Part shown: positions 23,162 through 35,229 of the stretch, one piece after another
Position numbering within the stretch: position 1 is the stretch's first letter
Layout of the letters: the number at the start of each line of letters is the position of its first letter
From: Macrostomum lignano
Lineage: Eukaryota
Assembly: GCA_002269645.1 (NCBI GenBank)
Contig: NIVC01003140.1
Coordinates: 53,528 to 117,527, forward strand
DNA: 64,000 bases
Direction: 5' to 3'
Program-made: the position numbers and the translations under genes
Notes under the pieces: model-generated
What the model was told of the DNA's origin: nothing
Databases searched by the model: none
What the model saw: only the letters and a program-made list of their open reading frames with translations

Positions 23162-24164
23162 CCCTCTTATGAGCGACTATCTATGCGACCATCTCCCAGC
23201 CATTATAGCGACCATCCATCCTAACCCTCTTATAAGCGACCATCCATCCTAACCATCTTATGAGCGACCATCCATGATGCGACCATCTCCCAACCATTAT
23301 AGCGACCATCCATCCTAACCCTCTCCACCCTCTTATGAGCGACCATCCATGTGACCATCTCCCGACCATTATAGCGACAGGGAGGATGGTCGCTATATGA
23401 TGTCACAGCGTGACAGGTCAATGGTCGCTGAAGGATGGTCGCTGAAGGATGGTCGCTCATCCATTTAGCGACCGATTTTTATGCGGAATTTTTATGGCTG
23501 AACATTTGAAAGATCGAGATTTTTCTACTTAAAGTAGTTCAAAATATATCCTCCTTGCCAGCAGATTTTCTTGTTTAGACAGCACCCGAGAAAGGGATTT
23601 AAACATCGTTTTGTAGAGTACGTTCGAAATTTCTCCTGTAAGGGTTAGCTAGTTTCTTCAGTTGTACTAATAGGCTGAAGCTTTCTGTACAATACTTTAT
23701 CGTGTTTACCCCAGAGTTTGCAATATCCAGCTCTGTTCAGCGCTTTAAGTAAATTTACTAAGTGCCAGGACATACATTTTTGTATGAAATATGCATGCAA
23801 GCACGATAGCGTTTCCAGCAGAGTTTATGCTATCTCTGGGTAGTGACACAGTGCATGTACATGCGTAACTACATGTGTTTTGAACTGTTCGCTGATTTCA
23901 CATTCTGCTATAAAGAAATTCAAACATTTTATGATTCTTTAAGAACTTTTCATGCAACCGCAGGCTTATATGTAACACAGCAGACATGTACATCTACATG
24001 TAGCACTGCTGCGCATGGATCCACGGTAGGCCTCTCTGACCGTGGAAGCAATCTTATTTGTACGAGTATCTGTATATCAGAGTGAAAACCCAAGCCTATT
24101 TTCCTGCCTCAGACACCTCCGGTTAAACTAATAAACGGTTTAAATTAAGCTGCTGTTGGTAACA

Positions 24165-27100
24165 ATGTCTTCGTTAACAAATCACCAAGACTCGATCGAT
24201 ATGAACAGTCAGTCAATCCAGGTAGATCTGAAATGTGACTTTCTCAATAACATGTACGGATATATGTGTATCAGTGAATTCTAAAAGGTTCCATTTAAGA
24301 TTTGACTATTAGTATTAAATTTATGTTATTGCATTAACCGTGAAGTTGTATCGGATCCTATTCTTTCTTTACTTACATGCTGATGCAGTGTTGATGTACT
24401 GCAAGCAAATATTGATGTATAGTATATGAAACATGTAAAGAGTAGTTGCACTGCTAAACAGATTGGTTTCTAAATTTCCAAATGAGATGGCCGTACATCG
24501 CACGCGCGCAAGGTTCTGCATGAACATGCACATGCACTTTGCTGCATTCTCTAAAATAATAGCTCGAGGTATTATGGCAATTTTCGAGTAATACAGAATA
24601 CTTGCCTGTTTCACAGCAAATCGCTCGACTAGCTTTTCAAGGCGACTTCGACCAGATTCGCTCACTGGCCTCGCCTGAACTGGTGACGTGTAAAGACCAA
24701 AATGGTCGGACAGTTCTCATGCTGACTGCTGACACCGAATTCCCAAGCCCCTGGCAGTCGGCAAAGTGCATCGAGTACTTGCTACACCTCGGCGCCGACC
24801 CGTTCGAGACCACAGCAGGTGGCGACACGGCTGCTCATTTTGCGGCCAGGCGGGACAATGTGCGGCTGCTGGCACTGCTGCCGTTCGACACGAAGTGGCT
24901 TCAAAATGTGGAGGGCGGCTCACCTCTGACGGAGGCGATCAGGAGCGGAAGCTGGCGGTGCGCGAAGCATCTCCTGCACCTGCTGCGCCTGCGAGATCGA
25001 AGCAGTGATAAGAAAAAGATACTCAACGCTGAGAGCAGGAGCATTTTGAGTCCCGCTCGGAAGGAGGGCAGATCTGGTTTTGCTGAAATCATTGAACGGT
25101 AAGAGGATGGACTAAAACATTTTTTCATTGCCAATTGTCCCAATACCTAGAGAACTTGGTTTGTTTTTGTTTCAGTGAAACTCGCTTGGTTACATCTGGA
25201 TACCTCACCCTGACCGTCACTGGTCTCACGGAGATGGTGAGACACTTTTTCATATTTATTCCAGCCTACGTAATATGTTTGCAAGTTGAAGTTGGGTTTG
25301 CAACGTCTTTGACTGTCAGGAATAGTAGACGACTTATGGTGGATGAGTGGAATGAGTAGAACGGCTTTCTAGGAAATCTCGTTTTTCAGAAAGCTCGTTA
25401 TTTAGGGGCTGGTTTGAGCTGCGCGAAAAAGACTACGGAGTTTTAAAAATCCAATGTCAACACAAATACGAGCAGATTAAAAAGCTATCTTTTAGTGCAT
25501 GCCGACATGCATACATACCTCATACATGCATTTTTCCTATTATTCGATAAATATGTTCCGAACCAAAAATTTCCAAAATAACAAAGAAGCTTTGATTTAA
25601 TTTCTTCTTACTGTTAAGCAATATTGTTGTCAAAATTTTCAGGAAAAATTGGACTCAGCATCTTTCATTTTAATAAAACTTCACGCTAGTTTTGCTAGTA
25701 AAAAGACACAAGTGTACGTACTGTAGTTCTTTACAGTTCTTAATGCATAAGATGCGTTTATTATAATTGAATTGATAAAGAATAACTAAACGAGGAACCA
25801 AATAAAAGGCCACTGAGGTCATTTTTAGACTACTTGGTTTTATACGCACGTATTTCAGCATATGCACAAAACTATAAAAAATTATACATCTAGATAAATT
25901 GCTAATTCCTGCAAATAAAGCTTTGTAGGAATCCATTGAGCAATCAGACATGAATGTTATATTGAAGTACTAATTAAACAATGAGCATTCGAACTGTCAA
26001 TAAAAAGCTATCACTATTTTTGAGCCGAAAAAAGAGAACTCCTCGTCGGTTTTAATGTATTTCCCGTCATGGCCATTCCACGCTCGTGAAGGGACAAATT
26101 TCTGTTATCATGCGATTCACTGCTGCCATCGCCGCTCACCGATCCGCAGGAAAAGGCACTGCGAAGGACTTTGATATGCGCAGCGATGAGGGGCGATGTG
26201 GAAGAGTTCCAAAGGCTGGCAAGCTGCAGCAACTGCGACATTCCATCCAGCACTGGCTCCACGGTGCTGATGGATTTTGTGGAAGTGTGCGACACCGGTA
26301 GCGACCCAGAACTCCATGCAAGCATCCGCCAGCGACTCATTGAACTCTCGGATGTCACAGCGGTCGATGTGCTGGGCAACTCGTGCCTGCACAAGGCTGC
26401 TGCTGATCTGGGCTCGCCAGCCGACTGCGAGGCTCTGATAGCGGCTGGGGCCTCTGTCAACAGCCTGAACAGCCTGCACCAGACCCCGCTGATGCTCGCA
26501 GTGAGGCGGCCGCAGGTTGTGGAGCAGCTGCTGCGGCTCGGAGCCGACTGGACGCGGCAGAACTGCTACGGCGATGATGCGCTGGATTTGGCTGACGGAC
26601 TCGGGTGCCGCGAGACCAGCGCTCTGCTCTCCAGGTGGCCTGCTGAAACTCTTCAATTTCATTTACCTCATTCAACCCCTATTACTACGGTCAGTTTAGT
26701 TTTTCCCAGCGGCAGTATTCCCCCACCGAGATTTCCCCACTGAGATTTTTTAGACTAGCTTCCTCCCACTATTTTCCTGATTCGTCTTTACTGCCCAAGG
26801 TTTTGCAGCTGCGATTTTCCAAATGGCTCCCCACTGAGCGTTTTTTTAAAGCTGTCCAAAGCGCTAAATCTGGCAATAAATCGCAGTATGGCTTCCTACA
26901 CAATCACGAGATGAACTACATATGTAACTAGTCTCGTGACGAATGCGAACTTTTGCATGAAAATTCACAACGAGCTTTTTCTTGCGGGAAAACCCTGCGG
27001 GAAAAACCTGCGGGAAAACCTGCGGGAAAACCCTGCGGGAAAACCCTGCGGGAAAACCCTGCGGGAAAACCCTGCGGGAAAACCCTGCGGGAAAACCCTG

Positions 27101-30100
27101 CGGGAAAACCCTGCGGGAAAACCCTGCGGGAAAACCCTGCGGGAAAACCCTGCGGGAAAACCCTGCGGGAAAACCCTGCGGGAAAACCCTGCGGGAAAAC
27201 CCTGCGGGAAAACCCTGCGGGAAAACCCTGCGGGAAAACCCTGCGGGAAAACCCTGCGGGAAAACCCTGCGGGAAAACCCTGCGGGAAAACCCTGCGGGA
27301 AAACCCTGCGGGAAAACCCTGCGGGAAAACCCTGCGGGAAAACCCTGCGGGAAAACCCTGCGGGAAAACCCTGCGGGAAAACCCTGCGGGAAAACCCTGC
27401 GGGAAAACCCTGCGGGAAAACCCTGCGGGAAAACCCTGCGGGAAAACCCTGCGGGAAAACCCTGCGGGAAAACCCTGCGGGAAAACCCTGCGGGAAAACC
27501 CTGCGGGAAAACCCTGCGGGAAAACCCTGCGGGAAAACCCTGCAGGAAAACCCTGCGGGAAAACCCTGCAGGAAAACCCTGCGGGAAAACCCTTCGATCG
27601 AAAACCCTGCGGAAAAACCCTGCGGGAAAACCCTTCGATTGAAAACCCTGCGGAAAAACCCTGCGGGAAAACCCTGCGGGAAAACCCTGCGGGAAAACCC
27701 TGCGGAAGAACCCTGCGGGAAAACCCTTTGATTGAAAACCCTGCGGAAGAACCCTGCGGGAAAACCCTTCGATTAAAAACCCTGCGGAAAAACCCTGCGG
27801 GAAAACCCTTCGATTGAAAACCCTGCGGGAAGATCCAGTGCTTTTGCAACTACGTACAGGCAGCTTCATATTATCCCATATATGCTTAGCTGCAATTTCA
27901 GTGACAGAAACCGAAACTTCTCCGTTCTTTCAGCTATCTGACTCGGCGCTCGCTTCAACTCCCAATTTTTACTACGGCATCGTATAGGAATTTTTTTGAA
28001 GAACGAATTGAGCTATCGTAAGTTACACTTGGATTTACTAAAGGCATTAAAAATACAGTTTTTTCCTACAATAACAGTAAAATAACTGTTCGTAGAACAA
28101 GTACGCGCAGTCGCAGTAACCAAAGTATATACATACAAGCATATATTGTCCCTAAATCATGGCTTCAGATCTCTATGCTCACCATTCCTCAAGACCTGGA
28201 CATGCATTCGTCTGCTGGGCAGGGGCGGAATTGGCGAAGTTCACGAGGTAGAGACAGACCGAGGGGTGAAGTGCGCAGTCAAGACCATCAAACTGCCCAT
28301 GCAAGGAGGGAACGCACAAAGCGATCTGATATCCAATATCGACACCATTGTGCAGGGCGAGCGGAATCTCTGCTTTCTCAGGCACCGGAATATTGTCAAG
28401 TTCATCGAGATCTGCCACTCGGAACCCTTCACGGTCGTGCTATTCATGGAGCTCTTAGACGGTCAGTCTCTGACAGACTTCATTAATGGTAAACCGCTGG
28501 ACGAACTATTTATTCAACGCTTCACGGGTCAGGTAAAGTGCTTTGAATGCCCATATTTTATGTTATTTTTCTTTGAAATCCGAATTCCAAATTCAGAATT
28601 CAAGATTACGTAGATATGCTTCTTATCCAAGCTGCAAACTTCATTGTGTCCGCAATGAGTCTTAAAGAGTGAGATGAACTAATGTCAATAAATACGTAAC
28701 AAAACTATTTATCCAATGGAAAGTTAGACGTATCCAATACGTTATTATTAGGTCGTAGTTCTACGAGTAAAATTAATAGTAAATAAATAGTGTTTCTATT
28801 AATATTTATTATTGATTCACCATTTTTTCGAAACAAGCTTCTTGGAGGATCATAAATGAAACGTCTCATGGGCGTTTCTACGATTACAAAAAAGTTTTGA
28901 AGACGTCTAGTCTATCCGATTCGAAATTTCGTTATACGGAAGAGCACTAATCACCGAAAAGTCTCTCATGCACTTTGTCTTCTCTTTCTGCTTCTACGAA
29001 CTAATATTTCTCTGCCTGCAAACATGGTGAATAACCCACGGCTTGTTCCAAACAGATTTGCAGTGCTCTCAGCTACATGCACAGCAGAAAGCCACCGGTG
29101 CTGCACAGAGACATCAATTGCAACAATATCATCGTACTCAGAGGGGACAGTGAAATCAAACTGATCGACTTCGGCCTTTCTGTGCAGCTGAACCGGTCGG
29201 TCAGCCACGTATCAGCCTATACTCCAACTCCGAAGGGCACGCTGTACTTTCTGGCACCCGAGCTGTTGGGAGCAGATGAATCGGACACTGTGAAATACAG
29301 CCCAGAGTCAGACGTCTGGGCGATGGGCTGCACAGTTTATCAAATGGTTACAGGCACTTTGCCACACGGCCATTGCTCGAATATGCTGGCCCTGGCCAAC
29401 TGCCTGAGCTTACAGGGTGCCCCAAAGCTGACTCGTCCAGTCAGCAGGAAGCTGGTTAATTTCTATGCAGACTGCGTTGCCCAAAACCGCAGACTGAGAA
29501 AGTCAGCTGCAGAATTGCTGCGGCACGAGTTTCTGCTCAATACGTAAGCAGATCAGATTTTGGTGAACTTGCTTTAATAGAGCTAGTTGATACTAGAAAC
29601 TCCAAATCTACCTTAGATGATTCAAATCAAATCAATATCTTGAAAGTACTCGTACAAATTCATCGAACATTGAATGCGTGCTGACACTCAGGTAAACAAG
29701 CATTTTATGAAAATTGATGTAGATTTGCCTTGCCTACTCTTGCAGCGAACCTGATACCTCACCTGTCGCAGCTGAGGATGCTGAGAACCAGCCAGCAGCG
29801 CTGCGTGTGGAGCCGGTTTATGGAGCAGCTCCACCGCAGGGTGCCTGCCTGCTGTTCTGCATCGGCGGTGACGAGCCAAGTCTGCTCGCGGACGTCAGTC
29901 TGGCGCAAACTGTCTTCGCTAGACTGAGATTCACCGTCAAAGTTTCTATGGACCCCACGTGCGACGAGCTGGTTGACGCGCTCAACCAGACTGCCTTCAG
30001 CCAGGAGCTCTCGGATCACCAATGCTTCGTGTGCTGCGTTCTAGCAGCCAAAGCTGGCACCGATGGCGCGATCTGCACCAGCGACGGCGAGCAGCTGGAG

Positions 30101-30433
30101 CTCGGGGACATCATCGGCAGGTTCAAGCCAAACCAGTGTCGCGGTCTGCGGGGCAAGCCGAAGCTCTTCTTCTTTCACACCCTGGCGAATTTAGCAGGCT
30201 CAACGGCCGAGAATATTCAAATGAAGGACGCGGACTTCTTGGTTGTCAGCTACAGCGGAACTCGAAGGCCTTCGCCGATGCAGGAGATGCTCTCACTAAT
30301 TGACAAGCGACACACCGAGTGCAGCATTGCTGAGCTGGTTGGTATGACAGCCACGGCAGAAGACAGCAACCTGAAGTTTGTTTCGACGCTATCTAAGCCG
30401 CTTTTTCTCAACCCAACAGTTGCTTCTGGCTGA
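24165..30433 (+). CDS. Predicted 874-aa ankyrin-repeat / Ser-Thr kinase / inactive caspase-like protein. Exons 24165-24221, 24617-25098, 25176-25236, 26150-26634, 28169-28532, 29056-29543, 29746-30433
   Basis: All six introns are GT-AG with matching phases (0, 2, 0, 2, 0, 2); the 2625-nt total is divisible by 3 with no internal stop. The weakest link is the gtggcc donor at 26635. Confidence 0.7.
24617..25098 (+). CDS. Ankyrin-repeat exon (block 1)
   Basis: KDQNGRTVLML, LLHLGADP, GGDTAAHFAA, GGSPLTEAIRSG; tcacag acceptor and gtaaga donor. Confidence 0.85.
26150..26634 (+). CDS. Ankyrin-repeat exon (block 2)
   Basis: DVLGNSCLHKAA, LIAAGASVN, HQTPLMLAV, LLRLGAD, YGDDALDLA. Confidence 0.85.
26983..27829. 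repeat. 13-bp satellite (ccctgcgggaaaa)n, about 65 units, within the predicted ankyrin-kinase intron
   Basis: Visible 13-bp periodicity; 13-aa period in all frames; degenerate at the 3' end. Confidence 0.97.
28169..29543 (+). CDS. Protein kinase domain, two exons (28169-28532, 29056-29543), STE/MAP3K-like
   Basis: GRGGIGEV, CAVK, alphaC Glu (QGERN), LRHRNIV, HRDINCNN, DFG, GTLYFLAPE, SDVWAMGC, and R..AAELLRHEFL. Confidence 0.92.
29746..30433 (+). CDS. Caspase-fold (peptidase C14-like) domain lacking catalytic His and Cys
   Basis: CFVCCVLAAKAG in place of ..SHG; DGEQLELGDIIGRF..NQCRGLRGKPKLFFFHTLAN in place of KPKLFFIQACRG; DADFLV; STLSKPLFL at the C-terminus. Confidence 0.8.
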
Positions 30434-31869
30434 TTTTATTTAGCAAGTGCACATTCAGTAACGCTATTTAAAGTAATTAAAGTAATTAATTCACTCCTTG
30501 AGTTGAGTAGATGATTTGTTGTATCGTGTACTTTAGTCGCATACAAATCTACGAGATCTCCGTTCATTTTTGTCACTGCAAATACGAGCGTACCAAGTAA
30601 TGACAATACTAGCTCGTTTCTATGAATTAATTTTGTTATAACCTTTCAGACCTCCTCGCATAGCGGAGAATTGTCTTGGTAGCTGTTTTGGTGCCCGAGC
30701 TGTAGGGCACTGATTAAGCTGCTTTTTTAGATCCCACAACGCTGCTTGTTTACTAAGTCTGATTAGGGCTGTAGAGCGTCAAGGTTGGTTGTGACGCTTT
30801 ACTTTTCTCTAATGACTTTAAATTCTGTAATTTACTACTACTATCACGAAGTTATTGCTCAACTTGTCTCACTGCCAATACGGCTTTCCTCTTTCTCTCT
30901 AATGACTAACCCGACTGAACTAGGAAATTTTTGGAATGATTCTTACCCAATGATTGTACAGTTGAGATCGACATCTAGCAAGAGAACCAGAGCGTCCAAG
31001 ATCCCAAAGTTGGGGAAATTCGTAGCGTATTTATATGGCAGAGTGCGGAAGGTGGGAAGGGTGTGTGTGGGGCAGTCAAAGTATAGTTAAAACAAAATCA
31101 CTCATTTAAACAAAGTATTATTTATCCAAGCAAAATTTACCTAAAGTAAATGGCGGTAATTCAAACATATGGTAAAGTACGACCTGTCTCACTACAACGT
31201 AAACTTCTATTTAAAAAAGATGTTCCTCAACCGGATTTCTGTGTATGTAAAGCACATACGGAGAACACATGTATGAGGTAATAAACGCTATTATAATCTC
31301 TATTACGCATCTAGCAGTACTTACATGCATACACACAGTTTTGATTTACGATGCACTTACTCACGTATACGCTTATTTTATGATTTTTCAACATTATGCT
31401 TTTGTGCCTAGTAGAAATGTGTCGGGAAAAGTGTCCATAGTCACTATAACAATGTACGAAGTATCAGAACTGAGCTTCATGATTTCCTGATGTTCGGCAT
31501 GTAAAATTTTTAGCTGCATGTAAAATGCTTCGTTCATCCCTTGCTCCTCAATTTCTACTTGCGATGTGAGCATTGTGTCAAATGATTGCTGCGCGCTTGA
31601 AATTATTTTTTCTGATTCTATTTTCATTGGTTTTCATTTTGCTGTTGCACTACCTACGGTCCTACGGTGTCTCAAGTTGGACACATCTGCTGTGTACATC
31701 AACTGTATCATTTTTGAAGACATGCAATTCTAAAATTTATGAGTTTGTTCGAGCCGCCGACGGGATTCTTATTTTAGAATGAGCTGAAATTCGTTTGTAT
31801 GAGTTTAAAAAATCTTCTAAGTACTTCTCGCTAAATTAACAATATCAACTGCAGCAACAAAACAAACCA

Positions 31870-32967
31870 TCAGTCAGTGACGTAATCTCCTTGGCATTGA
31901 ATAACAGCGTCGCAGTGATCCCAAAGTCGATGCAACTCCTGCTGCAGGCTCTCAATCTCCAGACCCCTTGCCCACTGCAACGTCGCTTCTTGCACTTCAG
32001 CATGGTTCCCAAACTGGCGATGCTCGAAGTCTCGCTTCAGCCAAGAAAACAAAAAAAAACGGTCACAAAGATTAAAATCTGGACTGTACGGTGCCTGTTG
32101 CAGCAATCGGATGCCTCGCTTCTCCATGAAATGTTGAGTTGCTGCAGCTGTGTGAGGCCGGGCGTTGTCCCACTGCCAGATCACCTGATCAAAATGAATC
32201 GGTTGACTTCTTAAAGATTGCCAGAGATTCCCGGTTCGCTGAACGAAGTTGACAATGAACTCCGCATCCACTGACTGTCTTGGTTTGGTTGTTTCAAATG
32301 AAAACCTTTCGCTGGGGGTGAAGGCAGCAACAAGCAGAGTCTTCTTGTTTGTCATGCATCTTCTCACCACCTGGGGCCTGGGCTCCCCCTTCGACAGCCA
32401 GCATCTGTTGCTCATCTTGCAGGGCTGGCCTTCAAAGAAGATCAAGGACTCATCTTGGGTGACCAACTTGTCCATGATGTTGTTGATTCCTTCACTCTGA
32501 AACACGCTACGGATGTTTCTGGCACATGCCACCCTAGCCTGTTTGTTGGCCTCGGTGAGGTACGAGTAATGGGGCACCACGTCTTCTCTCAAAATTCGAT
32601 GCACCGTTGACTTGTCAACCTCCAGCCAGTCAGCAAGGGTCCGTACTGACACTTTTGGATCGTCTTCAATCAGAACACGCGCATCGCTGATCAGCTCTGG
32701 TGTTCGAGTTGATCGAGGTCTCCCGGCACCGCTGGCACTCGGGCAGTCGCCTGCTCCTTTAGTGGGGCTGGTCTTAGCATCAGCGGTGGCTGCCTTGAAA
32801 TAATTAAATACAGTTGCACGGCATGCAGCTCCACTGCCATACACGGAAGACAACTCTTCAAAGCACTGTTGAGCACTGATTCCAAGCTGCTGCCGCGTCC
32901 ATGCGTAAAATCTAAAGTTTTCTTTGCTTGGCTCCATTCGTTTTTGCACTGGCGTTGCAGTAGGCAA
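31870..32967 (-). mobile_element. Tc1/mariner DD34D transposase, 365-aa open ORF; TIRs not confidently located
   Basis: N-terminal HTH, then TQDES, WDNARPH and PYSPDFNLCD, with 34 residues between the second and third Asp. Confidence 0.9.
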
Positions 32968-33570
32968 AACTGAGCTATAAAAATCTATTAGTGATGCGCA
33001 AGAGAGGGTGCAGTGATACTTAAATCTCTTGTGCGTCTTCGGTACTGTCTATTGTAGCATGTGGTGCGCTGACAGCTGTAGCTATAGTTCACTCTTCAAA
33101 TAGCAGCAGTAATCTAAATAAATTTGGGACACCTGAAGTAGGTGTAGTAAAATAAAATTTTATTCTCTAAATACCTTTAGTTAAACACCTTTTTGATTCC
33201 AATACTCGTAATTACTCAGAACTGTCTTTATTCTACGAGGGTGTATGTTTGTGAAGCTTTGTTAAAAATCCAGATCAAGAAAATAAAAATCATGAGTTGC
33301 GCATGCTTCTGTACCTCTAACGATAAATTTTATTGTTGATTCTAGATACATACGAGCGTACATGTACATGAAGACAGCTACTTGCTGGTCATGTATCCCA
33401 AGGTTGACAATTTTGGTGAAGTTTTTAACGTTTTTCTCTGGTAAAGCGTTATAACAGTGAATGATTTTCCTTTGTATAGTAGTATCTTGTCCTCAGTATT
33501 AACCAACAAGTTTAATTTTGAGCAGTGCTACTGAGCGAGAAGTGGAAGCTCTTTCTGGCAGTAGCCATTC

Positions 33571-34023
33571 TCATTTCCTCCTGACAGTAGTATTCGGTCG
33601 CCAGGGCACCATCACGCGTTGCCCTTCCGACTTTGCAGACTCCTCTTCGTGATCATCCTTTTTCGCACACCACTCCTCGTAGCGCAATCGGGCTGATTCT
33701 CGCTTTCGTTCTTCAGCCTGGCGCTTTTCTTCTGCAGCCAGCTGCTCCGCCTCCAGTCTTGACTGGCGCTTCCGCTGCAACTCCTGCTTTTTTCTCTTCT
33801 CCCAGGCATCGCGTTTGCTTGCGCTGAGCGATCTCCGGTCCTCCTCTTCTGCCTCTTTCGCTGCCTTTGCTTCGCTCTCTTGTGCCAGCCTAATTCTGCG
33901 CTGCTCGATCTGCTGGGTAGTCTTCTCGCTGCGCCACTTTTCGATTGCGGCTTCGTTGGCAGCCTTCTTTTTTTCAGCCTCTTCCTGTCCATTATAGGCT
34001 GTCTGCGTGTTCTTTGTTTTGCT
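33571..34023 (-). CDS. Last exon of a MAP9/ASAP-like coiled-coil microtubule-associated protein; a probable upstream exon lies near 35037-35135 (EEGQSAYQSWIQQKRK)
   Basis: Frame reads AANEAAIEKWRSEK...DAWEKRKK...ARLRYEEWCAKKD...VPWRPNTTVRRK*: spaced E/K-rich EKW/EEW motifs and a terminal PW.P as in MAP9/CCDC34-type proteins. Confidence 0.55.
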   Translation of the reverse strand, partial: SKTKNTQTAYNGQEEAEKKKAANEAAIEKWRSEKTTQQIEQRRIRLAQESEAKAAKEAEEEDRRSLSASKRDAWEKRKKQELQRKRQSRLEAEQLAAEEKRQAEERKRESARLRYEEWCAKKDDHEEESAKSEGQRVMVPWRPNTTVRRK

Positions 34024-34073
34024 CTACACAGTGAAAATAATTAGGCAAAATGTCACAGACAGTAACAATTTAC

Positions 34074-34728
34074 TCGCTTTGCCATAGACAGCCATCATTG
34101 ACAAATGCTTCATGCCATAGACAGCCATCATTGACAAATGCTTCATACCATAGACAGCCATCATTGACAAATGCTTCATGCCATAGACAGCCATCATTGA
34201 TAAATGCTTCATGCCATGGACAGCCATCATTGATAAATGCTTCATGCCATTGACAGCCATCATTGAAAAATGCTTCATGCCATAGACAGCCATCATTGAA
34301 AAATGCTTCATGCCATAGACAGCCATCATTGACAAATGCTTCATGCCATAGACAGCCATCATTGACAAATGCTTCATGCCATAGACAGCCATCATTGATA
34401 AATGCTCCATGCCATAGACAGCCATCATTGAAAAATGCTTCATGCCATAGACAGCCATCATTGATAAATGCTTCATGCCATAGACAGCCATCATTGATAA
34501 ATGCTTCATGCCATAGACAGCCATCATTGACAAATGCTTCATGCCATAGACAGCCATCATTGAAAAATGCTTCATGCCATAGACAGCCATCATTGACAAA
34601 TGCTTCATGCCATAGACAGCCATCATTGACAAATGCTTCATGCCATAGACAGCCATCATTGATAAATGCTTCATGCCATAGACAGCCATCATTGACAAAT
34701 GCTTCATGCCATAGACAGCCATCATTGA
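34074..34728. repeat. 33-bp intronic minisatellite, about 20 units
   Basis: Unit gcttcatgccatagacagccatcattgacaaat; 11-aa period in translation. Confidence 0.95.
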
Positions 34729-35229
34729 CACTTGCATTGCCATAGCCTCTGCATTGCATTGTCTAGCAATTTGACGATCATTATTCACATTTTTATTGCA
34801 GAACAATTCATTACTACAAACAATGCATTGTCTTTAGGATCTTCAGAAAAACAATGCAAAGAATCAGCGGTCACTGCATTTGACAACGACTGTCTGGCGA
34901 GCGCCGTTATCCATTGCATTGCATTGAAAGTCTCATCAAACCAATATCGGTTTTGATGACTGTCTATGGCGCAGTTGAAAAAAATTGTTGGTAGCAAAGG
35001 GAAAAGTGATTGGAAAATTTTCCTTCCCATCCTGACTTTCTCTTTTGCTGTATCCAGCTCTGGTAGGCGGACTGACCTTCCTCGGTTTTCTTTTGGTCGG
35101 CCTCACTTCGTTTAGCTTCGTTCTGTAGAGTATTCTGCCTCCCGCAAAAATTGATAAAATTGTTAACGTACTACTTACATAGTAGTAAAACAAGTAGCAT
35201 GTATAAGAATAAGCGTTGAATAACATATA

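Larger units (their letters stand above)
15932..23488. mobile_element. Putative non-autonomous TIR element hosting a captured kinase fragment, a 59-bp satellite and two copies of an RTE-like insertion
   Basis: Left end tcccgcataaaaatgattggtcgcaaat vs reverse complement of right end ttccgcataaaaatcggtcgctaaat. Subterminal gcgaccat motifs are inverted at 23380-23460. No TSD identified. Confidence 0.5.

Noticed and set aside
26928-27869. Long ORFs (229-313 aa) on both strands
   Set aside because: Translations of the stop-free 13-bp satellite; open in several frames and located in a predicted intron.
31790-33260. Mariner TIR candidates (tatgagttt at 31797, atactcgta at about 33210, tacgagggtg at about 33234)
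   Set aside because: The matches are too weak or in the wrong orientation to form a pair.
34024-34806. Repetitive ORFs such as (MMAVYGMKHLS)n
   Set aside because: By-products of the 33-bp minisatellite; no splice or start evidence for translation.
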